From: Parcubacteria group bacterium
GTDB lineage: Bacteria; Patescibacteriota; Minisyncoccia; JACPHC01
DNA length: 64,000 bases
Direction of reading: 5' to 3'
Assembly: GCA_016188775.1 (NCBI GenBank)
Contig: JACPHC010000010.1
Location: forward strand, 31,333 to 95,332
Part shown: positions 57,518-64,000 of the stretch, one piece after another
Position numbering within the stretch: position 1 is the first letter of the stretch
Layout of the letters: each line of letters starts with the position of its first letter
The notes under the pieces: generated by a model
Told to the model about the DNA's origin: nothing
Database searches by the model: none
The model's input: the letters and a program-made list of their open reading frames with translations, nothing else
Position numbers and translations under genes: made by a program

Positions 57518-57961
57518 ATGGAGAATAAAAAAGCGCCGGAATTTATAACCGATGACGAGAAATGGCTGAATTCAAGGCCGTTGAAACTCGCTGATCTAAA
57601 AGGCAAGATAGTATTGATTAAATTCTGGACTTTTATGTGCTCGTGGTGTCAGCAGGATTTGCCGGGCATTATGGAACTTGAAAAGAAATATAAAGACAAG
57701 GGGTTGGCGGTAATTGGTATCCATTCACCAGAGACAACTTTTGAAAGAGACATCGAAGCCCTTAAAAAACAGATGAAAGTTTTAAAAGTGGATTTTCCGG
57801 TGCTTACCGATAATGCCCAACAAAACTGGAAAGCCTATAAAGTTGAGAATTGGCCGGCGTATTATCTGATTGATAAGGAGGGAAACATCGCGTTTCACAT
57901 TCTTGGTCCGGGGATCGAAGGCCGGCTAGAAAATAAGATTAAGGAAATTCTCGGCATATGA
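57518..57961 (+). CDS. thioredoxin-fold thiol:disulfide oxidoreductase (TlpA/redoxin-like)
   Basis: FWTFMCSWCQ CxxC motif; start ATG 57518 chosen just after the merA stop. Confidence 0.7.
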   Translation: MENKKAPEFITDDEKWLNSRPLKLADLKGKIVLIKFWTFMCSWCQQDLPGIMELEKKYKDKGLAVIGIHSPETTFERDIEALKKQMKVLKVDFPVLTDNAQQNWKAYKVENWPAYYLIDKEGNIAFHILGPGIEGRLENKIKEILGI

Positions 57962-58668
57962 ATAAAAAAGAGGCAATTCCCGCCATTACCCGAGGTCAAA
58001 TGCGCGAAATTGACCGATTGATGATGGATGGCCTTGGCATTTCTTTTTTTATGATGGCCGAAAATGCGGCGCGTGAAATCGCGCGCGTGGCGCGCGATCA
58101 GGCGGGAAATGGCCGTCGGGTTCTGGTTCTTGCCGGAACCGGCGGCAATGGCGGAGACGGCTTAATCACGGCAAGAAGATTGTCGGGGTGGGGATACGAA
58201 CCTCGCGTTATTCTTGTCGGCGGCCGCGTTAGAGACGAGATAAATATATTGAGTTCCATATTGGTAAAAATGAAGATTTTTATACAGAGCAATTCTCTAG
58301 GAATAAATGAATTGTTTGCGTGGGCGGATATTATCGTCGATTCCTTGTTGGGCTACGGAGCTTCAGGAAATCCGCGAGGGGAAATGGTTAAATTGATAGA
58401 AATGGCCAATAACTCCGGAAAAACAATTGTCTCCGTTGATATGCCCACGGGGCTTGACGCTGATACGGGAGCGCCCGCTGAATTTACAATTAAGGCGCGT
58501 CATACCGTATCCATTGGACTTCCCAAGGTAGGGCTTTTAAAAGATGCCGCAAGTTTATATGTTGGAAAATTATGGCTATGCGATATTGGCATCCCACCAT
58601 CTCTCTATAAGGAGATTGGCGTCGAGGTGGGGCCTATATTCCGCGATGATACGCTTATTAGTATTTAA
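57958..58668 (+). CDS. YjeF N-terminal domain protein (NAD(P)H-hydrate epimerase)
   Basis: VLVLAGTGGNGGDGLITARRL. Confidence 0.75.
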   Translation: MNKKEAIPAITRGQMREIDRLMMDGLGISFFMMAENAAREIARVARDQAGNGRRVLVLAGTGGNGGDGLITARRLSGWGYEPRVILVGGRVRDEINILSSILVKMKIFIQSNSLGINELFAWADIIVDSLLGYGASGNPRGEMVKLIEMANNSGKTIVSVDMPTGLDADTGAPAEFTIKARHTVSIGLPKVGLLKDAASLYVGKLWLCDIGIPPSLYKEIGVEVGPIFRDDTLISI

Positions 58669-58679
58669 TTATAAATTTT

Positions 58680-58940
58680 ATGGAACAAACAAATCACAAA
58701 ATAACCATTTACTCGACTTCTACCTGTCCTTCCTGCAAAATGCTAAAATCTTATCTTCAGGAAAAAGGATTTGAGTATGAAAATAAAGATGTGGGGGAAG
58801 ACGCGAAAGCCCGCGAAGAGATGATGGAAAAAAGCGGCGGACTTTTGAGTACGCCGACGATGGAAATTGACGGAAAAGTAATTGTTGGTTTTGACAAGGA
58901 AAAAGTTGATGTTTTGCTGGGGATAAACTCCCATGCCTAA
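58680..58940 (+). CDS. glutaredoxin-like protein (NrdH/YruB-like)
   Basis: ITIYSTSTCPSCKMLKSYLQEKGFEYENKDV. Confidence 0.8.
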   Translation: MEQTNHKITIYSTSTCPSCKMLKSYLQEKGFEYENKDVGEDAKAREEMMEKSGGLLSTPTMEIDGKVIVGFDKEKVDVLLGINSHA

Positions 58941-58943
58941 TGT

Positions 58944-59213
58944 TTGAACATTACCACCAGCGGCGCGATTACCGCGGGTGAAAAATCAGAGTTTGGGAAA
59001 CTCACGAATATAATTCTTTTAACTCGCGCTAGGGAAGAAGCTTGTAAAATTTGCGCTACTTTCAATTTGGCTCCTACGATGAGCGCATTAGTTGAGTCGG
59101 CCTTAGGAGACGCGATTTCAAGAGCGCTTCAGGAAATGAAAGGATTTAAACAAGAACATTTTGCTAAATTTCATCTCGGAGGCGCGCTTGGCAAGCTAGA
59201 TAAAACAGCTTGA
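58944..59213 (+). pseudogene. fragment of a SIS-domain (KpsF/GutQ-like sugar-phosphate isomerase) gene
   Basis: …PTMSALVESALGDAISRALQEMKGFKQEHFAKFHLGGALGKL matches the SIS C-terminal half; only 89 aa with a TTG start, so probably a remnant. Confidence 0.45.
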
Positions 59214-59234
59214 TTTTATTTCTAAATTTTATAT

Positions 59235-59256
59235 CATTTGAATAATTATTCAAATG
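59235..59256. promoter_or_regulatory. perfect 22-bp palindrome CATTTGAATAATTATTCAAATG upstream of the aroE-like gene; the half-site is shared with the arsR upstream region (55657-55670)
   Basis: Perfect dyad; tatcatttgaataa recurs ~15 bp upstream of the arsR start. Confidence 0.4.
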
Positions 59257-59271
59257 TTGATACATTAAACA

Positions 59272-60756
59272 ATGACAAGCTGTTGCGAAGAACCACAATT
59301 TAACAAGGAGGGCGGAGAAGTGGAAAAAATGGACGTTGACAAACATGAAAAGCCGGCAATCGCGCAAGAGCTTTGGTTTCAAGAAGACGAAAAAGAGCTT
59401 GTCGCAAAACACAGCATTGGCGCAACCGTAAGAGCCGGTGACAGAACCGCGAAAACCGCCGACCTCAAGGGCGGATATCAGGAAGGCGGATTTGTTAACT
59501 TGAAAATTCAAAAAAATGACGGCAGTTTTGATCCCCTAGAGACAAGAGTGATAGTCTACTCCGTTGTGAAAAAGATGTTGGAAGAAATTGAGCCGGAAGA
59601 TTTAGAAGGTACGCCATTGCTCCAAAAAACCAAAGCAGATCTCATTGAAAAATTAAAACGGCTTTACGGAAGAGATTTTACCGACAACGATGTTGTTACG
59701 ATTGTGCGATTTGAATACGCGGATAACTTAAAAGAGGCCGGTGATTTAATCAGGGTAAAAACCTTGACTTACGCTCATGAGCCGAAAGAAAACCCAAAAA
59801 ACATGGACATCCCTTCGTATACCATTCCGCTCATAGAGCATGACTATCCTGCCAAAACGCCGGTAATGTGGAATGCGGCATACCGAAAATTCGGAATTGA
59901 TGCTGGAAATATTATGCTGGTCGGCGATTCGCAGAGCGCTGGCCACATATTGGATGTGTTCCGCAAAGACGCGAAATACAGAGGCGGCGGGGCTGGCGTT
60001 GGCTTTAAAAATGAAGTTATTACTTACCTTGACGAACTTGAACCGCTAGCAAAAGAGATTGGCGCCGTGAACTTTATCATGAAAACGCCGGAAGGAAAGC
60101 TCAAGGGTTTTAATACTGACGGAATAGGCTATGCGCAGAGTTTGGAAGAAGTATTCAAGCAGAGACAAGAAGAATTGCGGGGCAAAAAAGCAGTTGTTTT
60201 GGGCGCTGGCGGAGCCGGCAACGCGGTCGCCTTCGCTCTTGCAGAAAAAGGCATGAGGGTTGTGATTCTCAATAGAACTGTCGCGAAAGCCCGCGATTTA
60301 GCGGATAAGATAAATAGATACTTCAAGAAAATGAGAATAAATGAGACGTTGAGATTCGGCGGTGAAGAATTGATTGCCGCAGAAATAAGAGATGCCGATG
60401 CAGTAATTAATGTTTCAACAAAAGGCTCGGCCGGAGAACTGGAAAAGTATTCAGCTTTAGCTCCGGCTGTATTGCCGGCAAGCCAAGAAAACATCCAAGA
60501 AAATCTCGATCGGACAAAAGAGCTGTTGCGTGTCATACCCCAAGATGCTATTATCAGTGATATTGTGCTGGGCAAAGAAGCTACTCCATTACTAAAATCC
60601 GCCAAAGCTGCCGGATTTGAAACTCTTGATGGCATTCCAATGGTAATCAATCAAGGAGTGGAAGCGTTTTGGCTGCTCTATGACAAAGAGCTTCAATCAA
60701 AAAACATTACCAAAGAACAAGTTGCCGAAGTTATGAAACGAGCCGCAAGCTCTTAA
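59272..60756 (+). CDS. aroE: shikimate dehydrogenase-family protein with ~180-aa N-terminal extension of unknown function
   Basis: C-terminal ~300 aa: …MWNAAYRKFGIDA…NTDGIGYAQSL…GKKAVVLGAGGAGNAVAFALAEKG…NRTVAKARDLA. Confidence 0.6.
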   Translation: MTSCCEEPQFNKEGGEVEKMDVDKHEKPAIAQELWFQEDEKELVAKHSIGATVRAGDRTAKTADLKGGYQEGGFVNLKIQKNDGSFDPLETRVIVYSVVKKMLEEIEPEDLEGTPLLQKTKADLIEKLKRLYGRDFTDNDVVTIVRFEYADNLKEAGDLIRVKTLTYAHEPKENPKNMDIPSYTIPLIEHDYPAKTPVMWNAAYRKFGIDAGNIMLVGDSQSAGHILDVFRKDAKYRGGGAGVGFKNEVITYLDELEPLAKEIGAVNFIMKTPEGKLKGFNTDGIGYAQSLEEVFKQRQEELRGKKAVVLGAGGAGNAVAFALAEKGMRVVILNRTVAKARDLADKINRYFKKMRINETLRFGGEELIAAEIRDADAVINVSTKGSAGELEKYSALAPAVLPASQENIQENLDRTKELLRVIPQDAIISDIVLGKEATPLLKSAKAAGFETLDGIPMVINQGVEAFWLLYDKELQSKNITKEQVAEVMKRAASS

Positions 60757-60772
60757 ATTTTCAGGCACCTTC

Positions 60773-61210
60773 ATGTTATTGAGGGTGCTTTTTTATATGA
60801 TTATTCATGAAAAATTAATTATCTATACCGACGGCGGAGCCCGGGGCAATCCCGGACCGGCGGCTCTGGGCGCGGTGGTTCAAACCGCTGAAGGGAAATT
60901 GGTAAAAACTTATTCGGAGTATTTGGGAGAAAAAACTAATAATCAGGCCGAATACGAGGCGCTGATTTTCGCTCTGCGGAAAGTCAAGATATACAAGCCC
61001 AAAGAAATTACCTGTTTTTTAGACAGCGAGTTGGTGGTCAAGCAACTAAACGCCGAATATAAAATTAAAGACCCGGATCTTGGGCCGCTTTTTATTAAAG
61101 TTTGGAATTTAAAACTGGATTTTGAAAAAGTGATTTTTAATCATATTTCGCGCGAAAAAAACAAAGAAGCGGATAAATTGGTTAATCAAAAATTAGATCA
61201 GAAAATATAA
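60773..61210 (+). CDS. rnhA: ribonuclease HI
   Basis: IYTDGGARGNPGPAALGAV…NNQAEYEALIFAL. Confidence 0.85.
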   Translation: MLLRVLFYMIIHEKLIIYTDGGARGNPGPAALGAVVQTAEGKLVKTYSEYLGEKTNNQAEYEALIFALRKVKIYKPKEITCFLDSELVVKQLNAEYKIKDPDLGPLFIKVWNLKLDFEKVIFNHISREKNKEADKLVNQKLDQKI

Positions 61211-61306
61211 AATGTCGCCGCATATTATTCTTCAAATTTTTTTACATATTTTTAAACGATCGTTTGAAAAGAAGAAGGGATTTTAAAAAAATAAAGGATT
61301 TAAAAT

Positions 61307-61350
61307 TTTCACTACAATCAACTCACGATCGTGAGTTGATTGTAGTGAAA
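61307..61350. repeat. perfect palindrome, family C copy 2 (TTCACTACAAT-CAA-CTCACGATCGTGAG-TTG-ATTGTAGTGAA)
   Basis: Same outer and core sequence as 6821-6866 with the internal triplet swapped and compensated. Confidence 0.8.
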
Positions 61351-61441
61351 TAAATGAAATAGTGGAATAAAATAAAGCAAATTAATATTTGGGTCATGAT
61401 AAATTTTGATGTGGATAAGTAATATGGTATAATAATTATCT

Positions 61442-61756
61442 ATGGGAAAAATCAATTTAAAAGAATTAATCATTATTTTACTTTTAACTTCGTTTATTCT
61501 TTTTGTCGGCGTAGCCATTGGCTTGTCTGTTGGTTGGATCCAGGGCGATGCGATAGGATTGAAAGAAGGAATAGCTAAAGGTTTTGAACAGGGAAAATTG
61601 GAAGGCCAGGCGATTTTGCGCGCCGAGTTAAAGGCCGAGGCGGAAAAAGCGGCGGCCGAAGCGGCTAATCCTTTTAAAGAAACAACCGTTAATCCTTTTG
61701 AAAAAGCTATTACTAATCCTTTTGAAAATATCAAATTAAATCCCTTTGACCGGTAG
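61442..61756 (+). CDS. small membrane-anchored protein with 4x NPF(E/K/D) C-terminal repeats
   Basis: N-terminal TM helix; Ala/Glu-rich helix; NPFKE, NPFEK, NPFEN, NPFD repeats. Confidence 0.45.
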   Translation: MGKINLKELIIILLLTSFILFVGVAIGLSVGWIQGDAIGLKEGIAKGFEQGKLEGQAILRAELKAEAEKAAAEAANPFKETTVNPFEKAITNPFENIKLNPFDR

Positions 61757-61790
61757 GTCTGTTGCGTAATGGTTAGCAAAATTAATTGCT

Positions 61791-63737
61791 ATGAACGAGT
61801 TTAAAAAATATTTTTTCGTCTTTTTTTTAATTTTCGGGGTTTTATTTTTTTTGGGTGTTTTCACACCTGATTTTTTTGTCTTGGCTTCCTCTCCTTTTGA
61901 TATTACTTATCCGATTTCCGAGCTGTCTAGTTGCGCCACTCAAGACGAGTGTCGGGTTTATTGCGATAATTTGGCTAATAAAGACGTTTGTTTCGCTTTT
62001 GCTCAAAAGCACGGTTTTGTTTCCAAAGACGACGCGGAAAAGATTAAAAATTTGCCTTTGGTCGGTCCGGGCGGCTGTCAGGGCGAGAATCAGTGCCGAG
62101 AATTTTGCGGCAAATCGGAAAATCAAAATGAATGCTTTAATTTTGCCAAGACAAACGGCTTGATTTCTCAGGATGAAATTCGGCGTTTTGAAAAATTTAA
62201 CAAAATTAAAGGGCCGGCTGGCTGCCGCGGTTTTGAAGAATGCCATCAAGCTTGCGGCGATCCCCGGAATGCTCGGGCTTGTTTGGAAATTTCCAGAAAA
62301 GAAGGACTGATTGAAGAAAAAGAGTTCGGACTTTTAGAAGATGTTTTGGAAAAAGGCGGCCCGGGGGGGTGTTTGGGTCCGGAAGAGTGTCAGATCTATT
62401 GCCAAGATTCAAATCATCTCGCCGAATGCGTTAATTTTGCCAAAGAACATCATTTTATATCCGAAGCAGAAGCGGCCAAAATTCAGGCTTTGCCTCAAAT
62501 CGGTCCGGGCGGTTGTCAAGGGGAGGTTTGCCGAACTTATTGCCAAGTTCCGGCTCATCAGACGGAATGTATAAATTTTGCCGTGGAAAATGGATTTATG
62601 TCTGAAGAAGAAGCTCTCCATGCGAGAAAAGCCATGGAAGCGATGCGGGCCGGCGGACCCGGAGGATGTTCGGGCCCGGATGAATGCCGAGTTTATTGCG
62701 AAAATCCGGACAATTTTGAAGCATGCGCTGGATTTGGAGAAAAAAATGGTTTGGTAAACAAAGAAGACATTAGGCGCGGTCGGGAATTTTCAAGAACTAT
62801 TCGAGAGAAAGGCGGCCCCGGCGGTTGCCATAAGCCTGAAGAATGCCGAGTTTATTGCGAAAATCTGGATCACGGAGATGAATGTTTTGAGTTTGGAAAG
62901 AAACAGGGGCTTATTCGCGAAGAAGATATTAAAAATTTTGAACGCGGAAAAGAGATCCGGAAAAAAGTAATGGAAACCGGCGGCCCCGGCGGATGCAAAT
63001 CCGATAATGAGTGCCGCTCTTATTGCCAAGATTCTTCTCGTGCCGAAGAGTGTCTCGCTTTCGCGGTTGAGCATGGCGGAATTCCTCCCGAAGACGCCAA
63101 AATGATGCTCGAAAATTTTGTCCGTGAAACTCATCGGCCGGAATTCGGTCCTCCGTCGAGAGATTTTGAAAAATTTGAGCAGGAAAAATTTAGAAGATTT
63201 GATGAATTTCGAGGATTAGAACGTCAATTTCGACAAGGTCCGGCGACTCAATTTCAAGGCGGTCCGGGCGGTTGTTTGAGTCCGGAAGAATGCATCAAAT
63301 TTTGTTCCGATCCGGCCAATCGCGATACTTGCGCTCATTTTGGTCCGCCTTCCGGAGGTCCGCCGTCAGGAGAAATATTTAAACAAGTTCCTTCCGGTTC
63401 TGAATCCGAATTTAGAAATATTGAGCCGTTTATACTGCCCAAAAATACGCCTTATCCGCGAATGATGCCGCCAACCGAGGTCGCTTCTCCTTTTTCCCCG
63501 GATTTAATAAATCCTCAATATCCGCAATACGCGCCTCGGCAATTTGGCCCCGGCGGTTGCGCTTCAGAGGCTGAATGCAAAGCTTACTGTTCGGATCCGG
63601 CGCGCGCCACTGAATGCGGAATTTATGTTCCGCCTTCGATAACTCCAGAGTTAAAAAATTCTTCCTCGCCTCAAAGCGGTTTTCTAAGATTTTTATCCGC
63701 GATGTTAGGCGTTATTTTGCCCGGATTTAGATATTAA
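61791..63737 (+). CDS. secreted/membrane-anchored cysteine-rich modular repeat protein (~10 modules GPGGC-x4-EC-x2-YC-x7-EC-x2-FA…G[LF]I…EE)
   Basis: N-terminal signal/TM (FFVFFLIFGVLFFLGVF); ~48-aa modules with 4 Cys each; Pro-rich C-terminal region and a hydrophobic C-terminus (FLRFLSAMLGVILPGF). Confidence 0.6.
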   Translation: MNEFKKYFFVFFLIFGVLFFLGVFTPDFFVLASSPFDITYPISELSSCATQDECRVYCDNLANKDVCFAFAQKHGFVSKDDAEKIKNLPLVGPGGCQGENQCREFCGKSENQNECFNFAKTNGLISQDEIRRFEKFNKIKGPAGCRGFEECHQACGDPRNARACLEISRKEGLIEEKEFGLLEDVLEKGGPGGCLGPEECQIYCQDSNHLAECVNFAKEHHFISEAEAAKIQALPQIGPGGCQGEVCRTYCQVPAHQTECINFAVENGFMSEEEALHARKAMEAMRAGGPGGCSGPDECRVYCENPDNFEACAGFGEKNGLVNKEDIRRGREFSRTIREKGGPGGCHKPEECRVYCENLDHGDECFEFGKKQGLIREEDIKNFERGKEIRKKVMETGGPGGCKSDNECRSYCQDSSRAEECLAFAVEHGGIPPEDAKMMLENFVRETHRPEFGPPSRDFEKFEQEKFRRFDEFRGLERQFRQGPATQFQGGPGGCLSPEECIKFCSDPANRDTCAHFGPPSGGPPSGEIFKQVPSGSESEFRNIEPFILPKNTPYPRMMPPTEVASPFSPDLINPQYPQYAPRQFGPGGCASEAECKAYCSDPARATECGIYVPPSITPELKNSSSPQSGFLRFLSAMLGVILPGFRY

Positions 63738-64000
63738 AAAAGTAAGTTGACGTTTAGTTTTTGCTTTCTCAAGTGTTTTAACTTGCTCACAAATATCCTC
63801 TTTGAGCAAATCAAACTCCTTTATGAAGGGCCGACTGGCAAGCTCAGGAATCGACTTTCCATGCTCCAGATGGAGCTTTATCCATTGTTCTTTTATTGTG
63901 GCCCTACAATGAAGGTATATTTTGTTTATTGTAGCTATTCCGCATTATATGCGTGGAAGCATTTTGATCAAGAACTCAGACAATTGCATATGACTTATTA

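Noticed and set aside
59272-59800. Type I dehydroquinase (AroD) fusion as an explanation for the N-terminal 180 aa of the aroE-like protein
   Set aside because: The segment is too short for a TIM-barrel AroD and shows no recognisable catalytic Lys/His context; left as unknown extension.
61318-61779. 153-aa minus-strand ORF overlapping the NPF-repeat gene
   Set aside because: It is antisense to an ORF with clearer features (TM helix plus NPF repeats) and starts inside the family C palindrome; likely a shadow ORF.

Overview
The window is AT-rich with short intergenic spacers and reads as a compact housekeeping region of a small-genome bacterium. The gene content is consistent with a Patescibacteria/CPR-like organism, but that is an inference only.

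Gene content, in order:
- A parA(partial)-parB pair, followed on the minus strand by relA/spoT, topA, a frameshifted dprA, a short mfd and pth.
- lepB, hisS, a HIT protein, rpsU, a yqeY-family gene and ybeY, then ftsA and ftsZ.
- A class-II-like ribonucleotide reductase, a split comEC, ndk, an ABC transporter pair and a membrane-anchored Clp/Hsp100 ATPase.
- A str operon (rpsL-rpsG-fusA-tuf) running straight into an S10/spc-type ribosomal-protein cluster through secY-adk-map; no L30 gene is present.
- ruvX, a GT2 glycosyltransferase, galT, tpiA-pgk, and an arsR-merA-thioredoxin-like module.
- A glutaredoxin-like gene, an aroE-like gene and RNase H.

Accessory and unusual content:
- About 4 kb, all on the minus strand, carries dcm (C5-cytosine methyltransferase), a PD-(D/E)xK restriction endonuclease, vsr and an OLD-family ABC-ATPase/Toprim nuclease. 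This block sits next to a tRNA-Pro(GGG) and is bounded on its other side by an anomalously GC-rich, hairpin-dense region.
- At least six families of short hairpin/inverted-repeat elements are scattered through intergenic spacers, several with compensatory stem changes between copies.
- A protein with perfect 33-bp tandem repeats lies between ftsA and ftsZ.
- At the 3' end, a signal-peptide, cysteine-rich modular repeat protein (~10 modules of GPGGC..EC..YC..EC) is preceded by a small NPF-repeat membrane protein.
- A short PaaX-like regulator is bracketed by inverted hairpin motifs.
- An orphan Phd/YefM-like ORF sits between fusA and tuf.
- Several GC-rich structured intergenic regions are candidate ncRNAs.

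The ORF track appears to accept non-ATG starts (TTG observed). All product calls rest on my reading of the translated sequences; no database search was possible.
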